A stretch of 64,000 nt of DNA from Candidatus Doudnabacteria bacterium (GCA_963837465.1 CAWINB010000001.1:565646-629645); one strand, 5' to 3'. Positions 38,023 to 49,025 are shown, counted from the first letter of the stretch. Notes: generated by a model not told the origin, from the letters alone. Numbers and translations are program-made.

Positions 38023-38545
38023 CCGCCTCTACAATTATCATTAAAATAAACAGGCCTATAACCATTGCAAAAAACACGGATGGAACAGAAATATTTTGGC
38101 CGCTAAGACTTGTAGGGTCGAGTAACCACATATAATAAAGCAGGCCTGCCACAACTGCGACGGTAATTAAAATTAGAGTTATAACTGCAAGCCAGGGTCT
38201 TTTTGCGCCGGTGTAAATTTGAGCAAAGCCGCCAATAAAAAAGACCGAAAATAAAATAATTATCGGATTAAGATTAAAAATTGAATGGTCTGCCGGGTTA
38301 TTAAACTTATCAAGTATATTAAAATACCAAGCCACAAACAAAATTGCGCATCCGATAAACATTGACAAGTAACCTAAGATTTTATGAGAATTTTTAGCCA
38401 TTTCTAATCCCGGAACAATAACGGATGCCGGGCTAATCCCAGAACTCAAGCCCGATTGATTTTCAAGAGACTGAATTTTTTCTGCGGAATCTAAATTTGT
38501 GAAAAATCCAATTTCTTCTTTTTTATTTTGTTGTTCTTTTGCCAT
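38000..38545 (-). CDS. hypothetical membrane protein
   Basis: 4 hydrophobic helices. Confidence 0.55.
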   Translation of the reverse strand: MAKEQQNKKEEIGFFTNLDSAEKIQSLENQSGLSSGISPASVIVPGLEMAKNSHKILGYLSMFIGCAILFVAWYFNILDKFNNPADHSIFNLNPIIILFSVFFIGGFAQIYTGAKRPWLAVITLILITVAVVAGLLYYMWLLDPTSLSGQNISVPSVFFAMVIGLFILMIIVEAVAKRKNR

Positions 38546-38607
38546 AAATATAAAATTAATAATAATTTTTATTCAATAAATAATTAAATTTATAAGGGAA
38601 TTAAGGC

Positions 38608-40524
38608 TTATTCCACTGTCACGCTCTTCGCCAAATTTCTTGGCCGATCAACGTCGCGGCCTAAAGCTACAGATATAAAATAAGTAAATAACTGCAGGGG
38701 TATTGTATTTAACAAAGGCTCAAGTAATTCCATGGTCTTAGGAACGTAAATAACATCTTCGGTAATTTCCTTGGCTTCTTCATCGCCTTGGGTTGCCACA
38801 AGAATTATTCTGGCTCCCCGCGATTTGGCTTCTTGAACATTACTCTTGATTTTTTCATATAAAGAATTTTTTGTCATTATGGCCACTATTGGCAAGTCCT
38901 TGGAAATAATAGCCAAGGGCCCGTGTTTCATTTCTCCGCTGCCCATACCTTCAGCATGAATATAAGAAATCTCTTTTACTTTTAAAGCGCCTTCCAAAGC
39001 AACAGGATAATTAACTCCCCGGCTTATGAAAAACATATTCTTATAATCTTTATATTTTTCGGCAATTTTTTTTATATCGTCTGTTTGGGCTAAAATTTTG
39101 TTCATCTTTTCAGGAATTTCTAATAATGCCTGGATTATCCTCTGCCCGGTTGCAAGCGAAGTATGCTTAAGCCTGCCAAATTGCAAAGCATACAACAATA
39201 AAACCGCTATCATATTGGTATAGGCTTTGGTAGAAGCGACGGAAAGTTCCGGGCCGGCATGGATATAAGTTCCTGCTCCAATTTCCCTGGCAATTGTTGA
39301 TCCTACGGTATTTACTATACCCCGAACAACCGCGCCTTTTCTTTTGGCTTCTCTAATGGCTAAGATAGTATCGGCCGTTTCACCGGATTGCGAAATTGCG
39401 AACACAAGCGTGCTTTTATTAACCACCGGGTCGCGATACAAAAACTCGGAAGAAAAATCCACTTCTGTTGGCAAGTTAGCCAAACGTTCAAAGGCATACT
39501 TAGCTATCATACCGGCATGCTTAGCGGTGCCTTCGGCAATAATCACAACGCGTTTAATATGTTGCATCTGCTCTTCTGTCATGTTCAAGCCACCAAGCTT
39601 GGCCGTACCGGCTTCCATATCAAACCTGCCTCTAATTGCATCTTCAAAAACTACCGGCTGGTCAAAAATTTCCTTTAGCATAAAATACTCAAAGCCGCCT
39701 TTTTGCGCTGTTTCTTTATTCCAATCTATTTGAGTAATGGTTTTGTTTATGATTTCATCCCGCATATTCACAATCTTTAAGCCGTCTCCGTTAATGCTGG
39801 CAATTTCACCGTCGTCCAAAAAACTAACCTGTTTGGTAAACGGCAGCATTGGCGTAACATCGGAAGCAATGTAGTATTCGCCGTCGCCTATACCAATGGC
39901 CAAAGGACTGCCCAGCCGCGCGGCCACAAGCTGGTTTGGATGGTCGGCGTGCATTACAACCAGGCCGTAAGTTCCCCGGACTTTTAAGAGAGCTTTTTTT
40001 ACAGCCTGGGCCAAGTCAGGTGTCTTGTAGTTAGCCGATTTATCGGCTGTCCTTAATGAGCCCATAAACTTGTCCCGTGCTTCGACACGGGATGGGCTGA
40101 CTACATTTTCACTCTCTTCATAAATTTCAATTATCAGCTGGCCCAAAACTTCGGAGTCCGTTTCCGATTCCTGATTTTGGTTTTTGAGATGTTTTTTTAT
40201 TTCTCTATAATTTTCAATAATGCCATTATGCACCAAAACCAGCTTGCCGTTGCCAACAATATGCGGATGGGCGTTTGCTTCGGTCACTCCACCATGCGTG
40301 GCCCAGCGGGTGTGCGCGATTCCGATTGTGCCGACAAATTTATCGCCGCCGATTTTCTTAGCAAGCATATCCACCTTACCTACCTCACGCACACGATCAA
40401 TCCTGCCATTATCAAGAACCGCGATTCCCGCTGAATCATAGCCCCTATACTCCAAATCCCGCAATCCCTGCAAGAGGATAGGAAGAGCTTGTTTTTTACC
40501 GATGTAAGCGACAATTCCGCACAT
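38608..40524 (-). CDS. glmS: glutamine--fructose-6-phosphate aminotransferase
   Basis: MCGIV N-terminus (Cys1), two SIS domains, C-terminal QLFTYFISVALGRDVDRPRNLAKSVTVE; ORF track start at 40569 is probably too far upstream. Confidence 0.9.
   Translation of the reverse strand: MCGIVAYIGKKQALPILLQGLRDLEYRGYDSAGIAVLDNGRIDRVREVGKVDMLAKKIGGDKFVGTIGIAHTRWATHGGVTEANAHPHIVGNGKLVLVHNGIIENYREIKKHLKNQNQESETDSEVLGQLIIEIYEESENVVSPSRVEARDKFMGSLRTADKSANYKTPDLAQAVKKALLKVRGTYGLVVMHADHPNQLVAARLGSPLAIGIGDGEYYIASDVTPMLPFTKQVSFLDDGEIASINGDGLKIVNMRDEIINKTITQIDWNKETAQKGGFEYFMLKEIFDQPVVFEDAIRGRFDMEAGTAKLGGLNMTEEQMQHIKRVVIIAEGTAKHAGMIAKYAFERLANLPTEVDFSSEFLYRDPVVNKSTLVFAISQSGETADTILAIREAKRKGAVVRGIVNTVGSTIAREIGAGTYIHAGPELSVASTKAYTNMIAVLLLYALQFGRLKHTSLATGQRIIQALLEIPEKMNKILAQTDDIKKIAEKYKDYKNMFFISRGVNYPVALEGALKVKEISYIHAEGMGSGEMKHGPLAIISKDLPIVAIMTKNSLYEKIKSNVQEAKSRGARIILVATQGDEEAKEITEDVIYVPKTMELLEPLLNTIPLQLFTYFISVALGRDVDRPRNLAKSVTVE
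40027..40072. repeat. partial reverse-orientation copy of the 60-bp palindromic element inside glmS coding sequence
   Basis: tgtagttagccgatttatcggctgt is the exact reverse complement of the 3' 25 nt of the element at 17559-17583. Confidence 0.45.
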
Positions 40525-40582
40525 AAGGTTAGGGGTTAGGGTATAGCGTTTAGCGTATAGAGCGATCACTAAACGCTAAAAT

Positions 40583-41347
40583 CTAAACGCTAGACGCTAA
40601 ATTACTCCAATTAAATTCAAAAATTTCCTTCTGCATATTGTATATCTCTTCATTCTGAATGACCACACCTACAGGTTCATCGTTACTGTCGATGCTAATA
40701 TGAGCAACCTTTCCCGCATAAATGATTTCGTGGGTGGCTTTTAAATCTTTTTTACCTATGGGCATTTGTTTACGCTCATCCAAACCCGCCAGTTTGCCAC
40801 CTTCGCCCAGGGAAATAATTTTTACTGATATATTTTTGGCAATTCTTTTTTTACTAAAATCGGGCATAGAACCGTAAACATTTTTGCGGTGTTCGGTTGT
40901 GGCGGAAGAGTAAAGATAATATGCTTTATCGGCAACTGACGAAACTTCACCAAGCACATCTTCAAAAATTTGCCTTACGCCTTTGCTGCCTTCGTAAAAC
41001 CTGACCACCGGCTTGCCGCCCTGCTTTTCAAATAACGTTTTTATCAACGGTAAATTTTCAGCAATGCTGCCGCGTACTTCATCCAGATCTTCTTTTTTTT
41101 GATCAATGGCGCTAAGGAGTTTTTCCGGAGCTTCGGCAATAAAATATTGCTTGGATTCTTTATTGTAATAAGAAACAATACCCAAAGCAATAAGCGACTT
41201 TAGTATATCGTAACTCGTCCCGCGGTTAACCTTGGATTTAGCCGATATGTCGCGCACCGACGACGGCCCGAGTTCAATAAGCGCTAAGTATACCGCTATC
41301 TCTTTTTCACTAAGCCCAAAGTTTTTTAATATAACCTGGATTTCCAT
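40583..41347 (-). CDS. TrmB family transcriptional regulator
   Basis: N-terminal wHTH LSEKEIAVYLALIELGPSSVRDISAKSKVNRGTSYDILKSL. Confidence 0.7.
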   Translation of the reverse strand: MEIQVILKNFGLSEKEIAVYLALIELGPSSVRDISAKSKVNRGTSYDILKSLIALGIVSYYNKESKQYFIAEAPEKLLSAIDQKKEDLDEVRGSIAENLPLIKTLFEKQGGKPVVRFYEGSKGVRQIFEDVLGEVSSVADKAYYLYSSATTEHRKNVYGSMPDFSKKRIAKNISVKIISLGEGGKLAGLDERKQMPIGKKDLKATHEIIYAGKVAHISIDSNDEPVGVVIQNEEIYNMQKEIFEFNWSNLASSV

Positions 41348-41434
41348 ATGGCTGCGAGATATTTGTTGATATTTGGATATTAATAGATATTAGTTATCTT
41401 GTCAACTATTTTTCTACAAAATTGTGGATAAATC

Positions 41435-41462
41435 AAAATAGCCTTTAAATAAAGGCTATTTT
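41435..41462 (-). terminator. hairpin aaaatagccttt/aaaggctatttt
   Basis: downstream of 41585..41821. Confidence 0.4.
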
Positions 41463-41584
41463 AATAAAAAAGTATAAAAAATTTATCTGCAAAATTGTTA
41501 AGGCTTTGTAGGATCTTTGATCTCACGGGGTTCAATTTTACTAAGATTAAGTTTTTCCAAAAAACCATTGAACAATTCTAGTTT

Positions 41585-41821
41585 TTACCTTTCCAGCTGG
41601 TCTAGAGTTTTCTCAATTTCGTTAAAACGTCCAAATAAATCACGAATATCAGCCGACGATCGTCCATTGAGCGCATCTTTTATTTCCGCGCTGCTTGGGA
41701 CTCTCACAAAATCATAAACATGATTGTTTTGCAGATGGCCAATCTCAATACTAATCGCTCGCCTCAGTCTTGCTGACAAAGACGCTTGTAATTCTTGTTC
41801 TTCGTTATATTGTTCTCTCAT
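41585..41821 (-). CDS. hypothetical protein
   Basis: 78-aa ORF, charged. Confidence 0.4.
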   Translation of the reverse strand: MREQYNEEQELQASLSARLRRAISIEIGHLQNNHVYDFVRVPSSAEIKDALNGRSSADIRDLFGRFNEIEKTLDQLER

Positions 41822-41860
41822 ATATTTTTGGACTTTCCCAAGTTTAAAACTAACAAGTAA

Positions 41861-42394
41861 TTATTTTTTATAAATATAAATTTCGTGCTTTTTAGGAAGG
41901 TTATAAACTTCGTCCGGCTTAAAATCCGCCAGAGGAAAATCGCGGATAATCGCCACGCTACCTGGTTTGCATTCGGCCAGGAATTTTTGTTTGACCCTGG
42001 CCATAAGCGGCGGGTAAAGGTAGCCGTAAATATAGTTGGCGCCGGACCAGTTCTGTTTGAAAAAATTTTTATTAACGAACTCGGCCTTGGAACCTTTGAA
42101 TTTGGCTTTAAGTTTGGCAAATAAAATTGTCCACCAGGACAACTCAAAGCCTTTTACTTTGGCTCCGCTTAACTCTTCAACCAAAAATACGACCTTGCCG
42201 TTGCCGCTGCCCAAATCGTAAAAAGTATCTTTGGATGATATACCAAGTTTCTCCACGATAAACTTAATGTCACCGGCGTGCGTGGGCACAAACGGCACCC
42301 TGGTCCTTAAAAAAGCCACGAACTCGCTCAAGATTATAAAAAGAAGGCAAAGGACGACGATTAAAAAAAATATCAGCAAAATTGTTATCATCAT
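41861..42394 (-). CDS. class I SAM-dependent methyltransferase
   Basis: motif I FYDLGSGNGKVV. Confidence 0.7.
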   Translation of the reverse strand: MMITILLIFFLIVVLCLLFIILSEFVAFLRTRVPFVPTHAGDIKFIVEKLGISSKDTFYDLGSGNGKVVFLVEELSGAKVKGFELSWWTILFAKLKAKFKGSKAEFVNKNFFKQNWSGANYIYGYLYPPLMARVKQKFLAECKPGSVAIIRDFPLADFKPDEVYNLPKKHEIYIYKK

Positions 42395-43164
42395 ATATTT
42401 TTGGGCGGGGTGATAAGCCGCCAGACAACTTTTGACTCGGGCTTGTTTATCGCTTTAAAAATATAATAAAAAGCCGAAGCCAGCAAGATAACCGCCAGCA
42501 GTAACCCCCAAGATCCAAGCTGGATGGAAACATTAAAAGCCGCGTGCAGCAACGCGGCCAGCAAGACCAATAGAAAAACTTTGGTCCAGGAGTGGGGTAA
42601 TTTAAATTTCTGCCTGCCTAAGGCCAGACCGGAAATACTGGTGGCCAAAACATGCAAAGTAACGGAAAATAAACCGCGGGAGGCGGCAGTGGCAATTAAA
42701 AACATAGTGCCGCCGTGCCGGTAAAAATCAATAAAATAAAAAATATTTTCCACGAACGAAAAGCCCAAAGCCAGGCTCACGGCGTAAAAAACGCCGTCGG
42801 CAATCTGGTTAAAATCGGTCTTGTCGTAAATATACTCCTTTAAAAACAGGAACTTGCCGCCTTCTTCCAAAAAACCAGCCGACGCCAACAACAAAAAACC
42901 TATAACTCCTATATTATGGTTTTCCAGATTACTTAATGTCAAAATATTTTGCGCCATTGCCCCAAAGGCTGATTGGATAAGCGCGTACTCCAAAATCCCT
43001 ATAAGTACGGCCGCCAAAGCGCCCAAAAAGAATGTCTTTATCAGCAAAACTTTTGGTTCGGGCTCGGCGCGGTCTTCCCAGGAACAAAACTTGTACCAGG
43101 CGAGTATGGGCAAGACTATAAAAATTAAAAAGATAATTATCGCCATATTACCACATTCCCACAA
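42391..43164 (-). CDS. PrsW-family intramembrane metalloprotease
   Basis: EEGGKF, FSFVENIFY and HVLATS motifs in a polytopic protein. Confidence 0.65.
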   Translation of the reverse strand: MWECGNMAIIIFLIFIVLPILAWYKFCSWEDRAEPEPKVLLIKTFFLGALAAVLIGILEYALIQSAFGAMAQNILTLSNLENHNIGVIGFLLLASAGFLEEGGKFLFLKEYIYDKTDFNQIADGVFYAVSLALGFSFVENIFYFIDFYRHGGTMFLIATAASRGLFSVTLHVLATSISGLALGRQKFKLPHSWTKVFLLVLLAALLHAAFNVSIQLGSWGLLLAVILLASAFYYIFKAINKPESKVVWRLITPPKNI

Positions 43165-43498
43165 AGCTTCTGGAAGCCGGTAAATAAGTGTGGGCTAAAG
43201 CACCCAAAATTATCCCTATAACCATAAAAACCGCGGAAAGGATTATTCCCACAAGCCCCAAAGCGCGCTGCCCCTTATTTTTTGCCTTAACGGCCAATAG
43301 GATTCCTATGACGCCAAATAGAATTGGGATAAACAGCAGGGAGATCGCGGCGCAAATAATGGCGATAACCCCCTCTGTCCGGCCGGGATTTTTTACGGAA
43401 GGCTCAGCCGGCATAGTGCCGACATAGTAAGGCTGCCGCGTTGGAGGCTTTGGCGCCGGAGTATTTTGACTTGGCTGACTTGTTGATTTTTGATCCAT
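43148..43498 (-). CDS. DUF4190 membrane protein
   Basis: two TM helices with GIIAIICAAISL / GLVGIILS pattern. Confidence 0.65.
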   Translation of the reverse strand: MDQKSTSQPSQNTPAPKPPTRQPYYVGTMPAEPSVKNPGRTEGVIAIICAAISLLFIPILFGVIGILLAVKAKNKGQRALGLVGIILSAVFMVIGIILGALAHTYLPASRSFVGMW

Positions 43499-43554
43499 TT
43501 TTTGAAGCTTAATATTTTACTGTATTATACCATAAAATTTCAGGTTCATAATAA

Positions 43555-43581
43555 AAGACCTCTCATTTTAAGAGAGGTCTT
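43555..43581 (-). terminator. rho-independent terminator after 5S rRNA
   Basis: aagacctctcattttaagagaggtctt with U-run on minus strand. Confidence 0.6.
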
Positions 43582-43589
43582 TTATATAG

Positions 43590-43704
43590 TGGGCAGCCAC
43601 CTACTTTTGCGCATACATGCGTATGACTATCATTGGCCCGCGCGCGTTTTACTTCTTAGTTCGGGATGGGGTAAGGTAGGACCGCGCTGGAAATGCCACC
43701 CAAG
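43590..43704 (-). rRNA. rrf: 5S rRNA
   Basis: rc reads GGGTGGCATTTCCAGCGCGGTCCTACCTTACCCCATCCCGAACTAAGAAGTAAAACGCGCGCGGGCC...GTAGGTGGCTGCCCA, colinear with bacterial 5S. Confidence 0.8.
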
Positions 43705-44071
43705 GAAAATTTTTGTAAGAAAATTTTCCACGATTGACATTTGACGATTAACAATTAACGACTTTCGTTTAAAGAGTTAATTGTAAATCGTTACTCGTTA
43801 ATTGTTGCGCCAGCTAAGGCTTTAAGGCGCCGACTGTGCCCTGGCTTAAAACAAAGAACGCCCCTGTTATAGCTAAGACTGCCAGAAATAATGCCAAGAC
43901 TTTAAGGTTTTGTTTGAACATTGTATGTATTCACTGATTCACTGATGCCACGGATTTCACGGATGTGCGCATTTGTGCTATCCGTGTTATCTGTGTACCC
44001 GTGAACTTACTTATCCGCCTTCGCGCGAGGCTTCGGCGGACGACTCTCTATTAAATAGATTAATAATGTGA

Positions 44072-44091
44072 GTCACAAATTGCTAGTCAAT
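44072..44091. repeat. 3' arm of 20-bp perfect inverted repeat bracketing the 23S gene (pre-rRNA processing stem)
   Basis: gtcacaaattgctagtcaat is the exact reverse complement of 49575-49594. Confidence 0.6.
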
Positions 44092-44508
44092 TTTTCCGCC
44101 TTAGCTAAAGCTATGGCGGATGAAAAAGAATTAAAATTTTCGGTTGATTAGTACTGCTCGGCTGAACACATTACTGTGCTTACACCTGCAGCCTATAGAT
44201 AGCGTTTAGTTATTAGCGTTTAGCGTCCAGTATTGCTACTATTCGCTATTCACTAACCGCTATTCACTATTTTGTTACGGGGTAGTCTTCCCCGAACCTT
44301 TTGTCACCGAAGTGACAACGAAACCTAGTTTTGTAGACGGCTTCACGCTTATATGCCTTCAGCGCTTATCCTAACTAGACCTAGCTACCCCGCCATGCCC
44401 TGGACAGGACAACGGGTACACCAGAGGTCTATGCTTTTCGGTCCTCTCGTACTAAAAAAGCGACTACTCAAGTTTCGCACACCCACAGCAGATAAGGACC
44501 AACACTTT

Positions 44509-44830
44509 GTTACAAAAGTAACAAAAATTCCAAATTTCAAATTAAAAATTTCAAACTGGAAAACACTTTGCTACTTTGGCATAAATATTTCTATTATGCT
44601 CTGCATGTCGCCATGCAGTTCGGACTATATCTTCAATGCATTATCCCGGCGGTTCATCCGGTATCGTAAAAATTTAAGATTGATAATTACAAAGTCTGGC
44701 GTGTAGTCTCTACGGGTTCCCTGGGATTGTTATGTATTCCCAAAGCCTTCCCTCGGTATTGTCTCACGTTTTCTACCATGAGAGTTTCACCGATTTAGCC
44801 AAATTTACAGACAGCATGGTTATTCCTTTT
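44509..44830 (-). ncRNA. group I intron 3 at the L2593-equivalent site (after GTGAGACAGT), no ORF
   Basis: R element GTAGAGACTACAC and S element GAAGATATAGTCCGAAC; exon resumes ...GGTCCTTATCTGC. Confidence 0.65.
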
Positions 44831-44908
44831 ACTGTCTCACGACGTTTTGAACCCAGCTCGCGTACCACTTTAATATGCGAACAGCATAACCCTTGGGAGC
44901 TTCTACAC

Positions 44909-44947
<39 letters not shown>

Positions 44948-45491
44948 TCTCGTCGCTGTGGACGCTTGGAGAGGATCAGCCTGTTATCCCTAGAGTAACT
45001 TTTATCCGTTGGGCTTTGCGTCTTCCACTCGAACGCATCGGATCACTAACTTCCACTTTCGTGCCTGCGCGGGTCGCTGCCCTTGCAGTCAAGCAGGCTT
45101 ATGCGTTTGCACTACCGGCATGATTTCCATCCATACCTAGCCTACCTTAATAAACGCCTCCGTTACCATTTAGGAGGCAACCGCCCCAGTTAAACTACCC
45201 ACGAGCCACTGTCCCAAAGCAGGTTAAACTTTGGTTAGCAATTTCATCTTTACAGGGTGGTATTTCACCTGTTGCCTCCATGCCAGCTGGCGCCGGCACT
45301 TCAAAGGCTCCCACCTAGGCTAAACAATAAAAATAAAATTGCAATGACACGCTATAGTAAAGCTTCATAGGGTCTTTCCGTCTTGCTGCGGGTAGACGGC
45401 ATCTTTACCGCCATTGTAAATTCATCGGAATGTTCGTTAAGACAGTTCTCTACTCGTTATGCCATTCGTGCGGGTCGCAACTTACGCGACA

Positions 45492-45812
45492 CAAAATTGT
45501 TACTTTGCAAAACCACATCGGTTACTGATTGAGCTCTGTGGCGCGCTAATCTTTCGATTAGCATCTGCATGTCGCCATGCAGTTCAGACTATATCATCTC
45601 GCCTTGTTGGCGAGTTCCGCGTATAGTCGTTGAGGATCCGTTAAAAAAATTCAACGTTTCCTGCGGATTGTCCGGACTCCAACTCGTTTTGTTGGCATCA
45701 CTGAAGCATTTTTACTTATAAATAAGTAGCTTCAGATACTTCCGGGGTTCCCCGCATACAGCGGAATTTTCCATTCTTTAATAAATATTAAAGAATGGTC
45801 CCAGTCGTGTTT
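45492..45812 (-). ncRNA. group I intron 2 in domain IV (after GGTAGCGAAATTCCT), no ORF
   Basis: Q element AATCCGCAGG, S element GATGATATAGTCTGAAC; P7-P9 block CTGCATGGCGACATGCAG shared with intron 3. Confidence 0.65.
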
Positions 45813-45838
45813 AGGAATTTCGCTACCATAGGACAGTT

Positions 45839-46574
45839 CATTTATGTTAGCTTTATGTTTCCATAAAGATCAGACTATATCATTCCACCAGATTGATGGA
45901 TTCGGCGTTTAGTCGTTGAGGGTTTTTACTAAATGATTCTTTAAAATTTGTTAAATTATGTTTTCGTGTTCTTCCTTTTCCTTCATTTAAGCCTTCACGA
46001 AGTTTTACTATTTCTAGCAAGCCTTCGGAAGTTAAGTGTTGGTTTGCAAAAACTAGTTTTGCAATTTTAGAAAATAACGAATAGTTTCTTTTTTTAATTG
46101 CGGACAAGAAACCGAACCGGTCAAAGAAAGGGATTATTCTTTCTTTGAGTGCTGTATGATTTTGAACAATATATTGATGTACTCCATCTTTTCTATGGTC
46201 AATGCGACCACAGCCTAAATGATGCTTCAATAATGCAAGTACGGTAATATCTTTTTGAGAGACATTAAACGTTAGAATAACTTGCCATAATACTTTACTG
46301 TCAGTTCGTTTACGAAGGGAAACGTTAAAGCTTCCTTCTCCGTCTACAAAACCTGCAAAGTAATTTCCAAATTCAACAGGAATTTGTTTTAACCAATTTT
46401 GATCCATAAAGTTTCCTTTTGAATCGTTTAGTAAATCTTCCCTGCGGATTGACTGTATCTTGTAAATTTTTACTGTCATATTTCAGACGAGTATTACAAG
46501 TTTTAAGCACGTCGTTGTCCACGCGTGCACAGTTATTCCCGCAAATAGCCAAATTTTATAACTACAACATGTTC
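45839..46574 (-). mobile_element. group I intron 1 at the L1917-equivalent site (GTAACTAT|AACTGTCC) carrying a homing endonuclease gene
   Basis: Q element AATCCGCAGG at 46441-46455 rc, S-like GGAATGATATAGTCTGATC near 3' end; separated from intron 2 by a 26-nt exon (45813-45838). Confidence 0.7.
45880..46479 (-). CDS. LAGLIDADG homing endonuclease (intron-encoded)
   Basis: FAGFVDGEGSF motif; ORF lies entirely within intron 1. Confidence 0.85.
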   Translation of the reverse strand: MTVKIYKIQSIRREDLLNDSKGNFMDQNWLKQIPVEFGNYFAGFVDGEGSFNVSLRKRTDSKVLWQVILTFNVSQKDITVLALLKHHLGCGRIDHRKDGVHQYIVQNHTALKERIIPFFDRFGFLSAIKKRNYSLFSKIAKLVFANQHLTSEGLLEIVKLREGLNEGKGRTRKHNLTNFKESFSKNPQRLNAESINLVE

Positions 46575-46758
46575 ATAGTTACTGCCGGCGTTCATCAGGG
46601 CTTGGCCGAGCGGCTTGCGCCACCCGGTTTAACCTTCTGACACTGGCCAGGCATCAGCCCGTATACATCAGCTTGCGCTTTAGCACGGACCTAAGTTTTT
46701 GGTAAACAGTCGGAGGAGATCTTTCGCTGCGGGCCTAATTTATATGCTGGGTAATGAA

Positions 46759-47227
46759 GATATTTGAGACAGCAAATATCAAACTGTTTAAAAAATCAGG
46801 GTTAAGATTTTCCAAAGGAGGGTGTGTGGTACTCATCGCGGGTTCGAGCCGCAACAATTCAATCAAACGTGAGGTTAATCCGTCCGATTTATAACACACT
46901 TATCCCTCCTTTGGTACGGAGTTGACGGGTCCTAGGACGCCTAGTCGAGAAGGCAACAATGGTCTGTTGCCGACAAGACTATTTTTTCATCTACTCCGAA
47001 CTGGTGCATCGGATGGGAGTTGAACCCATACTGACACGGCTTAAGAGACCGCCGCTCTGCCCTTGAGCTACCGATGCGATTGTTTAAATCAAACAATCAA
47101 AACTTTCACCATAAAGAGTGATTACATTCTCACTTTGCCTCGCGGCTTATCTCTTTACTCAGAACGGGTATGCCTTTAACGGGCCGTATCTTTTCTAGGA
47201 GTCTTTATGGCAAACTCTAAAATTTTT
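46759..47227 (-). other. 469-nt insertion in 23S helix 63 region flanked by an 18-bp perfect inverted repeat
   Basis: arms tatatgctgggtaatgaa (46741-46758) and ttcattacccagcatata (47228-47245); flanking sequence matches E. coli 23S about 1700 and 1770. Confidence 0.5.
47002..47077 (-). tRNA. tRNA-Lys(CUU)-like cloverleaf embedded in the 23S helix-63 insertion
   Basis: GCATCGG TA GCTC AAGGGCA GAGC G GCGGT CTCTTAA GCCGT GTCAGT ATGGG TTCAACT CCCAT CCGATGC A CCA; perfect 7-bp acceptor and 5-bp T stems; anticodon stem has two G.U pairs. Confidence 0.5.
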
Positions 47228-47823
47228 TTCATTACCCAGCATATAAAAAGGTCAAGGTATATACCGAAGGTACACCTGCTTTTTTGCCGAGTTCCTTAAC
47301 GAACATTGTTCCGGACGCCTTGGGATTCTCTCCCCATCCACCTGTGTCGGTTTACGGTACGGACACTTTATAACGTGACTTCGACGCTTTTCTTGACACC
47401 TTGATTCACACTAATTCCCGTTGCCAGGTTTCTTCTTATTTTCGAGATTGTAACCGGACTTTACATCTCTCGCGAGGCAGTAAAGCCCGAAAAAGAAATT
47501 CCGGATTTGCCTGGAATTTCACCCTACGAATAAGACAACGCAAATAGTCAGATTACGCCAGTGTTATCATGATGCGTCCCGCCTAAGATAATTATAAAGT
47601 GGTTACGGAATATCAACCGTATTTTCCATCGGATGGACCCCTTGGGGCCCACTCTTAGGATCGACTAACCCAGGGACGACGATCGTTGCCCTGGAAACCT
47701 TGGATATTCGGCGAAGAGGATTCTCACCTCTATATATATTACTTATTCCAACATTCTTACTTGTACACTGTCCACGGCCGCTTACGCATACCGCTTCAAC
47801 CTGTGTACAACACTCCTCTACCA

Positions 47824-47938
47824 CTTGTGCGAAGCACAAGCATCCTTGATCCTTTATCATTTATCCTTGACCAACTGCGGAGCTGCAGCGGTAAAAGATA
47901 AAGGATTAAAGATAAAAGATACTTGTGCTTCGCACAAG
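47824..47938 (-). other. intervening sequence (IVS) in 23S helix 45
   Basis: 17-bp perfect stem cttgtgcgaagcacaag / cttgtgcttcgcacaag enclosing AT-rich hairpin at the canonical IVS site. Confidence 0.6.
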
Positions 47939-48020
47939 TCCACGTCTTCGGCACCTAGCTTAGCCCCTATATATTGTCGGCGCAGGATCGCTTGACCAGT
48001 GAGCTGTTACGCTTTCTTTA

Positions 48021-48057
<37 letters not shown>

Positions 48058-48829
48058 GGGCAATCCCACATCCTTTACACTATAGCTAGGATTTGGGGGC
48101 CTTAGACGGTGGTGTGGATTCTTCTCCATTTGTCTGGTGGAGCTTAGCCCCCACAGACTGACTGCCAGATTCTTGACCTTAAGAATTCAGAGTTTGGTTG
48201 GAGCCTACCGCTTGCGCAGCAGGTTTCCATTCAGTGCTTTACCTCTTAAGGGAACATCTGACGCTAGCCCTAAAGCTATTTCGAGGAGAACCAGCTATCA
48301 CCCGGTTCGATTGGAATTTCTCCCCTACGCACAGCTCATCCCCTATTTTTGCAGCAATAGTGGGTCCGGACCTCCCGTTACTTTTACATAACGTTCATCC
48401 TGGCCATGCGTAGCTCACGCGGGTTTCGGGTCTAACTCATGCGACATATAGGAATAGAATTATGAATATGGAATTATGAATTAGGAATACTGCGAATGCA
48501 GTCCCATAATTCTTAACTCATACTTCATAATTCTCATCCTATTACGGACTATTCATCCTCGCTTTCACTGCACTTTCGTCTTTGATAAGACTTAAGTAAG
48601 CCGCACAAGATTAACTCGTTGGATCATTCTTCAATAGGCACGCGGTTACTCACTGCTTCGCAGATGAGAATTTCAAATTAAAAATTTCAAATGTCAAATG
48701 AACTTGCAAGCTGCAGCCCTTTTGAAATTTGTAATTTGATATTTGACATTCCTAACTGCGAAGCAGTCAGAGCTTCCACTCCTTGTAAGTATACGGTTTC
48801 AGATACTATTTCATTCCCCTTCCGGGGTG

Positions 48830-48870
<41 letters not shown>

Positions 48871-49025
48871 ATATGAGTATTTAGCCTTGGATCTTAGTCG
48901 ACCCGATTTCCGACCAGATTTCTCGTGTCTGGTCGTACTCAAGTTTAAAGTTCAGGAAATTGCATGGTTTTTCGCGATACGGGACTATCACCCTCTTTGG
49001 TCCGCCGTTCCAGGCGTGTTCTGCT

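Noticed and set aside
40530-40600. tagcgtttagcg / ctaaacgctaaa inverted repeats upstream of glmS considered as glmS ribozyme
   Set aside because: No match to the glmS ribozyme core. More likely the terminator of the TrmB gene or a leader hairpin. The same tagcgtttagcg words occur in 23S expansion segments, so it is a shared low-complexity repeat.
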